A stretch of DNA of 64,000 nucleotides, taken from the NCBI RefSeq assembly GCF_018977255.1, contig NW_024704742.1:129396001-129460000 (forward strand), in the 5' to 3' direction. Within the stretch, counting starts at the first letter, position 1; each line of letters begins with the position of its first letter. Positions 29,401 to 44,400 of this stretch are shown here, in pieces. Source of the DNA: Callorhinchus milii (Eukaryota). Position numbers and translations under genes: made by a program. Under the pieces are notes generated by a model. The model was not told where the DNA came from. It saw only the letters and a list, made by a program, of their open reading frames with translations, and searched no databases.

Positions 29401-32400
29401 ATTTCTTGTGGATAAGGGATTAAGGGATATGGGGATAAGGCGGGCAAGTGGAGTTAGAATAGATCAGCCATGATCTTATTGAATGGTGGGGCAGGCTACA
29501 GGGGCCGAATGGCCTACTCCTGCTCCTAATTCTTATGTTCTTATGATGAAGGCCTTGAGTTTATTTTGTTTTCATAAATAAAATTGATGCTTTATTTTAA
29601 TGTCCTTCCTTTGTTAGGTTTAACAGGTGCTGAAGAGAAGATGTGCTCCAGACTGACTTTAGGGGAACAAGCTGCTTCTCTCCGGGATACACAGGAAAGA
29701 ATTCTTGCTCTCCAGCGTATCACAATGGCAATGCAAATTCTTTTAGCACACACCATGGTTATGAAGGCTTTGTCATTGATTTCTGTGAGGTATGTCTAGC
29801 TATGCAGACCATTTTGATCATTCCATTTGTCAGTTGTTTTGCATATTTTTTTCTTTGCACCCATGTTCTTCAAGCCATTTAACAGTATATCCTTTGAAAC
29901 ACGTTGAAATGTTCTCCTGACATGAAAGGCCCTATATCAAATCAAGGATTATTATAAGAACTACCGACAATATGCATCAGATAAACTGAGACTGGTTGAC
30001 ACCTAAAGATGCCAACTTTAGACTATGAAGATTTACATTTTATAATTTCTGTTTACAACTTCTGGAGGCCCAACATCTTCCCCCAGAGGTGGGCAACCTT
30101 TTGTTGGTGCCAGAGAACAAAATAGGAATCTGAGTGGACCAAATATCTTCTTTTTTGGAGGGCAAGTCAAGCTTAATACAGTGGTTGAGAGAATTAATTA
30201 TATTTATTAATGCACAACTCTATCGTGATTGTTCTATTTATACAAGACTGGAATATTTTTATTTTTTTTACACGCACGAGGTTTATTTAGTAAATAATTA
30301 GAGGAAATAATTGTTGTGAAGATTTCCTGTTGAGCAAAACTTGAAACAAATTATTTCCCTGGTTTAAATAAGGTACTGTAATGACGGTCTAGTTTTCAAT
30401 AACCTAAAATTAATGATCCCCACATTGAGATTTTCCTGGAGGGTAATTGACCAGTGAAGACTCAATGGTACCAGTCTGGATTTGATTGACCAAATAGCTT
30501 CTTTTTATGGTATAACCTTCTATGATTCTACATCCTGGAAGACTTGCCTGTCTGTGGGTTGTGAGAAAAGGCATTATATGTATCAAAAAGCCAACAAGAA
30601 ATCCACAAGACTTTGTAAATCTTTGGTTTGCTTCTTCTACTATTTGCATAAAATGAGTTACCAATGATAATGATTTTGAAAAGATATGAAAAATGCTAAT
30701 GAAAGTGTTAATGTTTTACCTTCTTCTGGTCAAAATATACTTCTACAGTGGATCAGTATGCAGTCAGTCCAGTGGCCTGGAAGCACTTGGGTTAACAGAT
30801 ATCCGTGTCTTGGTTCGATTAATGTGCCTTGCAGCAGCAGGAAGAGCTCAGTTGACAAATGTTGGAACTGGACATTTATATTCAAGCAGTCATTTTCGAC
30901 CTGAAAAAGGATCATTGTGGAATACCAGCTCTTCTTTGACTTACATGAGTTCTGCGATTGGCTGTCTCGTGGCAAACAGTCCCACTGCTTACAGAGCTTT
31001 AGTTGATGTCTGCACTCAGGTAAATTGAGGATTGAAATCAGTCGTTTGAAACCTTGATGATTTGATGCATTTGTTTAAAATGAACTGATATAACGTTAAC
31101 CCAATGACACCCAAAGTGACAATGAAAATGTCTGGCAAAATGCTCAAGAAAATACAGTTCAGTCTTGTTTTATTGCTTGTTCTTTGTATTGAGCCCATTA
31201 TGTATCATACAATATACTGTATTTGTCAGTCTGCTGCTTTCATTATTAAGCACNTTTTTTTTAATATAATTTGGTAAAAAGTAACTCTGAGTAATCTCTG
31301 TGAATAATTTATCTGCATCATTTTGATTTGCATGCTTTTTTTTATGTAAAGAAAAGCTTTGTTCCAAATGACGAGTAAACAAGCTAAGTGTTGGATCTGT
31401 GTGAGGTTTCTGTATGTTTTTTTAAATTGACTCGCAAACCATTTTTTTCTCGAAGGATTTGATTGCTGCTGCAACAGGCCTAAATATAGGTGCAATTCGT
31501 GACATACAGCAGAAGAACAAGGTGCTTCACCTTTTCCACAGACCAGTAAAAGACAACAAACCTTCTGGCTCTCCCAACTTTCTGGTAACTCAGGCACTTG
31601 TAGCGCTGCTAACAGAAAAAGGTTTCCGGCATCAATCGAATCGTGACAAAGAGGAGGCAGATCCCAAAGGTAAAAAAACATAAATTAACTGTGATCTATG
31701 TGTTTATTTTTAACATTCATTAGTTGAATTCAAGACTGTAAATGGTCGTCAAAGCTATATTTGTGCCATTGAAGAGTTTAGAGGACATTAAGTGCTTACA
31801 ATACTTTTAATTCCAAATTATTTTAAAAAGTGGGCTTTTTAAAAAAATGCTAGAAAAGATACTTATCAAATCTTCACCAGCCAAATAAATTTACAGTCAA
31901 ACCTGTTAAAGCAACCACCTGCTATCAACAACCATCCTGGAACAATCCCAAGCAATTTTCAATAATAAACCACTTCTATTCAGGAATCGCCTGTCTAATG
32001 CAACCGGTGGCCACTCTTTTGTTAAACCATCTTCTCATTGTTGCCTTTGTAGATGCTGCTCCAAATACTTCCCCACCTGCTTATCCTTATTCATCACCAC
32101 AAGTAGGACCCTTAGAACTGGCAAATGCACTTGCAGCATGTTGTCTATCTGGAAGATTAAGTTCTGGGCATCGCCAGTGGGCTGCACAACAACTCCTGCA
32201 AGCCTTGTCTACATCTGAGAGGTACAACCAATACAGGCCTCAAACCTACGCAGACCTGGCCGGGGACTTACGGAAATGTCCTACTGTTAAGCTGGAAGCA
32301 CATGAAAACAGGGTAATTTTTAAAAATGTATTTCAATTGATTGAATGAAACTGTGGCCAATAAGAACAGTGACAGATAACGTGAAGTAAAAATTAAACGC

Positions 32401-35400
32401 TGAAAGGTAGAAATGGGGAAAAAGAGACTGGGTGTTGCACTAGGTTAGACTACGGTTTCTAGATAGAAATTTCCCTCATTTTGCTAGCTTTGAGTACTGT
32501 GAAAGTCTGGCTTGTATTTCTTAGTAAATTTCTTAGTAAATACCAGCCCCTAATTTGACAAATCGTTGTCATATAGGATGTGGATGTGACCTTTGTGCAA
32601 TTGAGACTTCTCAGGTTGGTGTCTAAAGTATGTTGTTCAGGTAGAGGAGAGAGTGCTTTTTTTTTCATCTAACTTGTACTTTATAGGTGGGGAGATCTTG
32701 ATATTGACTTGGTGTCACAAGAGTGAGAATATTATGCACTTACCACATATTCATTTACCTTGATGAGTGTAAGTCTTGAAATCTATGATAATATATGTTT
32801 ATATAAATATATATTTTGAAATGAATGAAAATTGGGGAGGAGAGAAAAGGGCAGAATAAAATAAAAAGCAGGAAAGTCATAAAATAGCAAAAAAAAAGTA
32901 TTAGATGTTTTATCTGGTAGTTATATTAAAGGCCTAACAATTTGCAAGTAGTAATAGTAAGCCTTGCATTTGATGTAGCACCTTATCACATCATTGAGAC
33001 GTCTCAAAGCCCTTCACAGAATATACTGTAAAGTGACTTGTAGGTGAAATGAGTGTTAAGTGCCAGATAAGGATATGAAACTATCCCTCCAGTGTACTCT
33101 GCAATTTGAAAATAATGATTAAGGTGGTTTGAAGAATATTTTAAAGAAGTTAATTTCTAACTGGCTGACAGTTACATTAATTAATTGTTTAGAAACGCAA
33201 TACAATCATAATGTTTGTTTTATTTCAAAAACAGGTCACAAGTTCTTGCTGGTCAGATAACAAAGGTCTGTTGGCCACAAGTGCCCTGGATGGAACCATT
33301 CGACTTTGGAGTATAACAAAAAACACATTTGCTCTGATACAGACTGTTTGCTTTAAATCATGGTAAGTGAAGCTATACACAGTGTATTGTGGCATTTAGT
33401 CTTTTTGTTTAAATCTTTTAGTGCTTTCTCCAGTGCTGTTGGCACCTCCATGCATGAGAAAGATCAGAGGCAAGCAAATGCTCCATCTTTCTGTGCCAAA
33501 ATTGCATTCTGAAAGCTCACACAGCAAATCAGGGAAATGTGGAGCAGACATCAAATATCAGGGCTCCACTTCAACGCAGGAAGATCCAGATAATGTGTGT
33601 GGGCACCTACAATTGTTTAACTCGAGAAGAAGTTGGTTAGGCTGCACCTGGAATATTGTGTGTGTTTTTGTGTAACGCACTATAGAAAAGACATTCGAAC
33701 TTTGACACGGGTGGAGTGTAGATTTACAAGGATGATGCAAGGGGTGAGAGGATATAACTGATCACAGTTTGGAGATGTTGGGATTCTTCTCATTGAGGTA
33801 AAGAAGGTTAAGTGGTGAAAAGCAGAGGTGTTTAAGATAAGAAATGCCCTCCGACTGCCTCACATGGTTCTGTGTTTGATGTGTTTCTGCTCTAATCATG
33901 GAATCAGGAATTGAATTATTTCTAACAGAAGTCGCTGGGAACACTCAGCAGGCCAGGCAGCATCTATGGAGAGAGGAAAGTGAGTTAATGCATCAGGTCA
34001 GTGACCTTTCCTCAGAACTGCTCATCTGATGAACGTTCATCGACCTGAATCGTTGACTCACTCTCCTCTCTCCAAAGATGTTGCCTGATGAGTATTCTCA
34101 GCGACTTCTGTTCTTATTTCAGTTTTCCAGCTTCTGCAGTATTTGGCCCATTACGTTGTTTCTAAATGTTTTCCCTTTAAAAATTGCCCATGAGTTTGTG
34201 AACGGTATCAAAGTAAAGAACTTGTGTGTTAAGAAATGAATTTAATATTTTGATTTCCACAAGCACTTCATGATTTATCTATGAGGGGCAAGCCTCGAAG
34301 TTTGAACGGTATATGAATTGAAAGAACTGCTTGATAAATTTAGCAAAATACTAGAAAAACATCTGTTTCCTTTCATGATGTTGTCAGTGAGGAATCTGAC
34401 AAAATTCCAGGCACACCTACTAGTGACTTCAATTTGTCGGCTGTATACTGGAGTGCAAGTGGTGAGTTCCTGGCAACGTTTCAAGACCGAATGGTCAACA
34501 TACTAGTGGTGAATGGTAAGAAATGCATTGTTTTACACTTACCAATCTATTGATAAAAAAATTCTGTCTTTTAGTTTTAAGGCATCCATGAATTAATTGG
34601 AGCAAATAAGTTCCAACCATTCCCAAAAAGCTTAAAGCAGGGAAATTCATTGTTAAGGTGAGCGTGCTGATGCTGTATATTTTGAATAGCCATTAGTTGC
34701 CCTTGAGAGCCGCTCAGAATATTCAATCAGCAGACATCGCTTTCATCTCTGCCACCTATATTCACGCTCCACTCAGATCGATGTGTGTCCCTTTTGGTAA
34801 CACTGCCTGTCCTTGTGATATATGTTTCTTCCTCCTTGAAAAAAGAACTACCCACCAAGTAGTTTAGCCCACAAAATGTACAGTCAATTCATTTTACAGT
34901 ATATTCTGTGACATGCTTTAGGACATCTCGAAGACATGATAAGTCGCTATATCAAATGGAAGGATTTTATTAAAGTTGATCTTTCTTTTAGGAAGCTAAT
35001 CTGTGCATAATTCTATTGATATTTTGACATTAGCTCTAATCGTACCTATTCTCTCCATCATTCTTAGAACTGTATCAAATATAATTGAATGGGTTTAGGT
35101 TTTAATGACAAAAGCCTGTTTGAAGTACACAGTAAAATTTGATGAATTGCCTTCATGAATTAATTACTTTATGTCTTCTCAAAGTGCTTCACACAGTTTT
35201 GCCTTGAAGTCAAATGACTTGTGTAGGTAAATACTCCAGCTAAATCTGCACCAACAATATGGCACAAATGATAACAAGATTAATGATCAATTAAGATCAA
35301 TTTCAGATAGCAGATACATTTCCTAATGCTTGAAATATTACCAAGAGATCATTAATATCTTCTAACAATCTAGTGGCGCTTCTATTTATTATCTCCTTGT

Positions 35401-38400
35401 ACTTGTACTAGTGCATACGGATCAATTGTGGCAATTTTGACTGTGTTACATGTTGAAATAAGATACAACATTATGTTAGCAGTAAACATCTAAATTTTAC
35501 AGATTATTTTTATTCCATTTTTTTTCCCTGCCAATATTGTTTCCAAAGGGAACCAAATCCAGACAAAGCCTCAACATTCGTGGGTAACTGCTTTGTCCTG
35601 GGCAGATGTTCAGGCACCATTTCTAAGCACAGGCAACAGTAGACATGTTGAGATTCTACTAGTGGGTCGACTGGATGGATCACTCAGCTGTATTGAAGTC
35701 ACAGAAAGTTCCGGTTATGATACCATTGACTTGGTGCATTGTCAGAGGAAAGATGGTACGTCCTAACGATGGCAGCTTCTCATAATGAAAGTACCATCTC
35801 AACATTTGTGTTGATGTTTTTTTATTTCATTTGTTTTTAAAAAAGTCGCTCCTATTGTGCATAATCTCTTACGGTTAACTAACCCTGTTGCAATAACCTG
35901 CTGAAACAAATGAGTGGATTTAAACCGGGAAATGTTGTGCGGAGAGTTGGACAAGCTTTGATTTTTCTACGTTTCCCACTTTTATCTCTGTCCGAACAAT
36001 TCTGCAGTTGCCAATGCAATTAAGTGGCTGATCAGAGGCATCTGCCAATGTAAATAGCTACTAGTGCTGGCCAATTGCATTCTCGTTTTCTCACGCTGCC
36101 TGAGGAGAAGTGCCTGCCCTTCATTTGGCTCCTTGCCTTGTCTGTGATCCTGCGATTACGGCGTCTGGAATTTTGTTACCAGTCTATAGTTTAATGTTGG
36201 TGTTTCAGCACACCATGCTGCCTTGCCAAAAACCTTTTTTAACTATGAACTCAAAATACAATACAAAATCACAATTGTACAGCGCCTTTCACATCGGGAG
36301 AACATCCCAAGGCGCTGGACAGTCAGGGATGTAGAAGAGGAGGATCTTGAGACGTACCTTGAAGGCAGGCAAGGAAGAGTGCAAGGCGAAAGGAATGTGG
36401 GATGCAGTTCCAAAGGGTGGGGACAAGAGGCTGAAGGCTCAATCGCCAATGGCGGGGTAGGTCAAGCGGGAACGTGGAACAGGCCACAGCCTGCTGAACG
36501 GAAGGAGCGGACAGCTGACAAAAATGTTTGATGGAGACACTCGTGTAACCCCTTTCACCACTAGTAAAGATAAAGTTTTTAAGCCATAGATGTCCAGCCT
36601 ATCATAATTATGCACAGTTTAAAAACTCATGTTAATGAGCATTTCTTAATATCTTTATTCAGTTTCTGTCCAATGCATTGCCTGGTTTAGCGAAGATAAG
36701 CCATTTGCGGTTGGATATTCTGATGGGAACATTTTGCTCGGAACAAAGGAATCGTATAGCACAGAGGAGCCGGTGGTTCTCAATTCATTTCAGGTATTAC
36801 AGTCTTCACCATTTTGAACAATCATTCCTAAAATTATCAGAATGGAGTCAGGTGGAAAGGACTTTTTTTTTAAATAAAACAAATAACTATACACAATACC
36901 ATTATTAATATTTAAAGGTGAAGTTTCTACATTTTACAAAATTAGTGTCTTAAGTGTTTTCAAAATGGAGAAATGGAATACATTTACAAACAAGAACAAC
37001 TTGTGCTTATATAGCGCTCTCCACGCAGGGTAGCGTCTCAGAGCACTTAACGGTGGCGGAATCTGAGCTGATGGGGGGAGGTAACTTGAAAAGGAAGGTT
37101 TTCGGGCAGGACTTGACAAAAGGGAGAGGGGGGGCAAGGCGGAGGGATTGAGTGTTAGTTTCAGAGCGTAGTGGCTGAATGCACGACCTCCAATTGTGGA
37201 GGGTGCGAGGGACAAGGAGGAGGCTGGTGCCAGTCGAGCGGAGGCACCAGGTGGGGGATTGGGGAGTGAAGAGGTCAGAGAGGTAGGGAGGTGCCAGGGA
37301 GAGAAGGGATTTGAACACTAAAGTGAGGATCTTGAAGTCGATCCATTCAGTGATGGGGAACCAGTGGAGCCTGGCCAGAACTGGTGAGATGGGTGTGCGA
37401 GTTCTGAATCAGATGGATTTTTTGAATAATGGAGCTGGTAGACTAACAAGAAGTGCGTTTGAGTAATTCAAGCGGGAGGTGACAAACGCATGGACAGGGT
37501 TTCGGCTGCATTTGGGCTAAGTTATGGTCAGAAATGGGCAATGTGGCGGATGTGGAGGAAGGATGTCCCGATTAGGGATCAGATATGGGGGAGGAAGGAC
37601 AACTGCGGGTCGAACCGGATGCCTAGATTGTGCACTAGTTCGGTGAGTCTGAGGGAGAGCCCAGGGAGGTTGAGGAGTTCAGATCCGCAGGAGTGAGGAC
37701 GTTAACGGGAGCCAAGGAGTATGGCTCTGTCTTGTCCACATTCAGCTGCAGGAAGTTTATACTCATCCAGGCCCTGACGTCTGCCAGACAAACTGATAGA
37801 ACATTGACGGATCTGGAGTCGATGCTGGAGGAGGCAAAGTGGATGTGTGTGTAATCCACATACATTACCACTAATACATTCACAGTAATATATTAAACAG
37901 TTCTTCCTAACCCTGCCCTCTACTTAATCTTCATGTTCCCCTTTGGTGACACCATCCACAGACAGGGCATCACTCTCATGTGTTACCCTGCGACTCCCAG
38001 CTCCACCTTTCTGTCTTTACTCTCGACCCACTGTTCTTCTAACAGCCTGCGTATTAGACATCAAGATCTGTATAAGCCTCAACTTTCTCCAACTCAGTGC
38101 TGACAAAATTAATATGATCCTGCCCCACTTCTGCCACTACCTCAGACCCAATAGTCAAAACTCATCCACGCTTTTGTCATCTTCTGACTCAACCCCCTGC
38201 TCTCCATCCTCTGCAGCTCCATCCTTCACAGATTCCAGATCACCCAGACCTCTGCTGCTCACATCCTTTCTCCCTCCAGGCTTTACTCCTCCGGCACCTT
38301 TATTCCCTGTTCATTGGACTTCAAGAACCGCTTCCTTATCTTCAAATGCTTCCACAGCTTTGCTGCATTCAACCATTGCGATCTCTTACACCAGGCAAAC

Positions 38401-41400
38401 TTTTAATCAATTTAAGAACAGGAAATGCTAGACGAAAAAAAGACCAAGGTCCATTTAGTTTGCATGCACATAAGTACCGAACTGCCTACGTATTGTATCC
38501 CATAATGTTATTTCTTAATCTGTGGTTGAAGGAATCAATGTTTTGTGCTTCAACCATCTCCCTAGAGAGCCTGTCCCACAGGTTCACTATTCGCTCACTG
38601 AAATTGTGTTCCCTTAGATTGGTTCTGAATTTACCCTCCTTCAATCGCAGGCAATGTCCTATGCTTCTACTATTCTGGACTATTTGAAACAGCCTGTCAT
38701 GATCTATACTTCTAGCCCCTTTAAAATGTTGAAGACAGCAATCATATTTCCTCTCAATCATCTATTTTCCAGGGTGAATATGCCCAACTTACTTAGTCGC
38801 TCCTCATAGTCCAGTTCCTCCATTCCCTCTCATTTTGGTTGCCCTCCTCTGCTTCCTCTCAATTTCTCCCATATTCTTTTTGTCCTGCAGCGACCAGAAC
38901 TACACAGTATTCACCAATGATTTATTTTAAGTGCGGTCTCACCAATAATTTATACAGGGACAGGAATACTCCACTATTTCTGCTTGCTATTGATATCTTT
39001 TGATACAGCCTAACATCTGGCTTGCTTTACTCATTGCCACAGAGCATTGCTGTGAGAGCTTCAATGTGCTCTCCCCTCTAGAGCTCTTCTGAAATCCCTC
39101 CCTCTCATTTGCCTTCATAACCTGTCTAAAGATCTATCTCTTTGGATGTATATGTTAGGGATAAGTGCTCATTATTCAAAGTACACCCCAGCAGATCTTG
39201 AACAAATATATATTGTTTTAACCACTGCACAAAGATTGCAGCCAAGTTGTACTTCGGTGCTCAGAATAAATCCAAAATGTCATATTTTTCCAAATTCAAC
39301 GTCAACCATTATATAGAAAGAAAAAGCCACTTCTTGATCTTCAGTTTTGCACAATGGGTTGTAAGTAACATTCCCGATTCACTCTTCCTCTTATCCATTG
39401 TCATTCTTGTTATAAGGAAAGTGTAACTGGCCTGAAGTGGGATCCAACTGGGCATCTGCTGCTCGCTGTTTCCAGAGAGGACATGGTGAAGATCTGGGGG
39501 AAAGTTGGCACCACCTGGTTTGCTCTCCACACTCTTTTCCATTCTGCATTGGTCAATACATCAACGTGGTGCCCTCTGCCAGGAAAAGGTCCAGATCCCC
39601 GACTGATGCTTGCAGTGTAAGTATAAAACAATACTCACATTTTCTTATTTACAAAAACTATTGAAAGCAATCAATCTGCACTGACCTACATGAGAATAGG
39701 CAAGTGGGGTGATTATATTCTACAGGTAGGAGTATTTCATAACCTATCTGTCTCCAACCTACCACTGTATCTATTAATTAATAGTATGATGGTGAAACTG
39801 TTACTGATCATTGGCTGGAAATTAAAATGAGATTGAAAGAGGGCAGGAATGTAGACCAATTTGCTGGTGTCAACCAAGGCTGCACATGCAGGGGATATTT
39901 TCCCCAGCCTTTCCAGGGTTACAGAGGGGAAACGCAGCTGGTGATCCTGCTCCTGGTCCACCCACAGCACCCTCTACCGGTAGCACACATGTGTGACTAT
40001 GGTGACACCGCTCAGGGTGTCACACGGGCTCAGTTGGTATCAATCTTATCTCTGAGTAAGAAGATTGGGGGTTTCAGCACTGTTTCAAGACTTGGAACTC
40101 GTAAGTCTAAGCTGACGCTCCAGTGCTGTGCTGGGGGTGCACTGCATTGTTGGAGATGATGAGACGTTAATTCCAGATGAAAAGTTAACTGAGGCCCTAT
40201 CTGCCTGTTCAGGGCGTTAACGATCACATGGTGCTATTCAACAAAAAAACGGAGGGTGAAGGGCAGAGTGGACTTTCTTTGATTTGAATCAGCACCTTCT
40301 GGTCCTAAATCCAGTGCTCAACAGAGTTGAGTCTATGGGACACTATCCTGTATGAGGGGCGCTATACAAATGCAAGTTGTTGATGTTGAGTTACACGGAT
40401 CTTATACCCAGACATGCATATACTTTATTTTCCTCTGCCTTCTAACAAGATTGTTTTTTAAAAAAAATGAATCTTTGTCAAGTTCAGATAAAAATCATTA
40501 GAAAACATGAAGGTTTTGAAATGAGATTCCGATTTATTTTTATGAGCGCTGCTTTAAAGTGCTAGAAGTGCGAAGACAAAAATGACTTGAGTGTTTTCTC
40601 ACCAGTGGTTGCCAGAATGGTTTGGTTTATGTTTGGACACTCCCACAAGCTGGTGCTGCTGTTTCATTACCACATCTCTTGCACTCCACTGATGAACAAG
40701 AGAAACAAAGTGAGGTAGTGTATCGTAACCACAAAGTTCGTATACGCGTCTGTGACCTCGATTAATGAGAAAATATTTGATTTTGTAAAAAAATGAGTAA
40801 TTTCAGATATAAAAATGGACAGTAGTTAAATGAATATGAGTCAATAGTTTGAAAGTTCTAAGCACTAATCCGACAACCCTACGTTTTAATTCCTTGAGAA
40901 AATCAGCAGGAAATTGATGTTGTCCATAATTGGAGCTCTTGTATAATGTAACTTTTATTCTGTTTAGGAGAAGGTTCAAGTGCGAGGGAAAGTCAAGTGT
41001 GCATTTCGTCTTAACGGCCACATAACTGCGGTGAAGTCTGTGTCCTTTAGTTTCGATGGACTGACACTTTTGTCTGGAGGAATTGGCGGATTAATAAATA
41101 TCTGGTCTTTGCAGGTAAAGCTTTCACCTCACAATTACAAGGAAGATGCACAGGCAGGCTTTAAATATAGCAAATTGCCTCAAAATCAAATAGCAAACTC
41201 TTTTTATTGGCATTTACACAAAAGGGTTAACATTTTAAGATGTTGTTTTGCCCTTAAGAGTGGTGAAATGGTTTATTAGACAATGGCTTCCACAATGAAT
41301 ACCGGTGCTGATGATCCAACTCTATTTCTGCCTTCACCCTCGATTCCAGGACAACTGCTGTTCTGACTAATTGCCTGTCAGACGTCAAGTCTTGGGTGAG

Positions 41401-44400
41401 ACCTAGCTTTCTTCAGTTGAATGTCGACAAGGCAGAGGCCCTCCTGGTTGGCTCATGTCAGCACCTTCCTACCTCAGGTGCTGACAGCATCAATTTAATG
41501 GTTGTACACTCCACCTCAAGGTGCCAACAGGATGTTGGTGTCTTTTTCGACTTTCAACTGTCCTTTAAACCCAAATCCATGCCATTCAACTTTCTCCCAC
41601 CTCCACAACATTGCCTGCCTCCGCCACTATTTCTTGGCTCAGGCCGCCGAGACTCTGATCCATGCATTTATTATGTCCAGGCTTGACTACGCTAACTGTC
41701 TGCTCACCGGAATTCCCAACTCTTTCCTCCACATGCTGCAAACCATTCAGAACTCTTCACCTCATATCCTCCCCCACACCAGGCTGCATGTCAATCATCC
41801 ACATCCTTGCCCCCATTCGATAAGAGGATTGAGTTCCAAGATCCTCGTCCTCACTTTCAAAAGTCCTCCACGGTCTTGCCCCACCCTAACTACATGACCT
41901 TCTAAAACCCTTCCAACCTGTCCACTCACAGGAACAAGCTGCTTCACATCCCTCCTCCGCCTTGCCCACCCCACCATTGGTGGTCGAGCCTTCCATTTTT
42001 CTGCCTCCACCCCCTGAAACCCCATCCCGTAGTCCCTTTGCCTCACCTCCTTCCCTCACTTCCTCTTTGACCGTGCCTTTGGTCATTTTCCCACTCCCAC
42101 CCCTCGGCCCCCACCCATCCCGAATCCACCCCCAACCTCGATGCAAATCCTTAAATGTCCAGCACCTTGAGACGATCTCCTGCCATGAATTGTACTTTAT
42201 AAATGCGATCTATTGTTGTTGATTGACTCCATGTGGGTTCTTAAAATGTGCAGGATTTGTTATTGAATGTCTCCAGTTTATAATTGAGAACGAAAAGCTA
42301 AAGCTGCCGTTTGTTTTGTTCTCAGGATGGCTCGGTTTTACAGACAGTAGTCACAGGTTTAGGGTCTGTTGTCGGCATAGCCTGGATTCCAGCAATTGGA
42401 GTAACAGCTTGCTCCAGCAGGTCTAAGGTCAGTCGGTCATTCATTGTTATTCTTAGTGTTTTTTTATCAGGAGCAAGAAATAAGGCCATATATGGTGGTT
42501 TACAATAACTACTGGAGGAAAAAAATCATTTTGAGAAATTGTCATACCAGGAGCCTGGAAAAATATATTTCAAAATATATTGTGTGTGTGTGTGCATGTG
42601 TTTTCTGCCCTTTCGTCTAATTAAGTTAGAAGCTAAACAAAAACAGTTGGAGAAAAAATGCTGATTCTTTCTACTGTTCAACCTTCACATGCAAATGCTG
42701 TTTTTTTTCCTCTCATTATTCAAACTCAGTGGCTATATACCATAGTGTTTCCATACAGACAAGTCCTGATGTCACAAGGTGACAAGCCAGATCTGGAATA
42801 GCTCCCTCCAGAGACTCTATTTTAATCGCTAGTTATATCAGATGTGCAACAATTGTAACCAAAAGGGATTTGCCTTAAAGCCAGCTTTCATTTTCAATCC
42901 TCATCTTCGCAGCAGGAAATGCATGTGATCACTCAATTATAATTCAGGTTTACAAAAGTGGATGAAAACAAACCTTTTGCTTTATTAAAAAAAACCTGAG
43001 ACTTCAGTCTTGTTATGTAAAGTATTGTATGCTCTGGATTTCCTTACTTCGGAAATGCTTACACTTGCTTTTCTACTTGCTAAGTCAATCATGGATCATG
43101 GTTCCTCTTAAGAACAAGAACACACTGATTATAATTATTATTATGATTAAAAAATGATCTTCATGTTTATGTTAATTCTGGCAATCCATCATATTGTTGC
43201 ATCTCTAGGTGAGACTGGAGAAGAGGAAACCCACTTCTGAGAAAGAATAGAACATTTCCAAATACTTTTTGTTGTTTTCCCAGGATGTCCTTCTGATCAG
43301 ATGTTCCCCAGAATGGACCTCCCAACACCACATCTTAGCATCATGTCGAATGGCTCTCCGAGCACAGGGCATTGTTGGATTGAACAGGGCTCCATGTATG
43401 AAAGCTTTTCTTGAAAGGTTACCCATGATGCTACAAACCCAATACTCGTATGAAAAGGTAATGGCTTTTATTAAAAGCAGTTGTTTTAATGTTATTACTG
43501 GAAGGTGCATGTTAAAAAACGAGGATTTAAGAATGGAATGTTTTGCACATCCTTATTATTGCTGAAGGATGATTGTGTGAAGATATTCAATCCATTCACT
43601 CCCTGGCACCTCCCTACCTCTCCAACCTCCTCACTCCCCAATCCACCACCACCTCTGCTCAACTGGCACCAGCCTCCTGCTCGTCCCTCGCACTTTCCGC
43701 CCCACAATCGGAGGCCACCACACTCCCTCGGTGCCTCCGCTTGCCCCCTCTCTCCCCTCTTTCAAGTCCCACCTGAAAACTTTCCGCTTCAACCGTGCTT
43801 ACGGCCACCTGCCCCCTCCCCCCGGCTCGGTCAGGCTCCGCCACTGTTAAGCGCTCTTAAGACGCTATCCTGCGTGGAGGGCACTATGTAAGTGCAAGTT
43901 GTGTGCAGACGTTCCCCAATTTAAACCTTTGTTTAGTCAGATGGGTGTCTTGACAGGTGTGGAAACCCATCACCATGCATAAACTTCCATCTTCCTCTTC
44001 TGCTGGCATTAGCCTAAACGTACTCCATAAAATGCTATGTTTGGTTAATTTTCTGCCATAGTTACTTCACGGTTCTTGCTCATTAAATTTTTGATGAATC
44101 TTCTCCCAATGAATGGAGATAAACTTTGTGAACTAGATTTCTTGAACCCACTAGTGACATAGCGATACACAATAACTCTTCAAATAATATTTTGTTGCCG
44201 TCAGTATAGTATTTATGCAACTCAAGATCAAATTCAATATTTTTCCCCATTGACCTAAAAAGGTTTTTCATGGTATTATTAAATCAGTACATGCCCTAAT
44301 CCTGTTTTTCTAATTAAAGGTCACTGATGTGCACAGTACTTGTCCAAGTAGGACCACTCTATTTATTAATGTTTGAGCTCATGGAGTTGAGAACACATTT

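Noticed and set aside
30083..30115. hAT-like terminus (cagaggtgggcaacct); similar at ~53842
   Set aside because: Too short, with no matching second TIR or 8-bp TSD seen.
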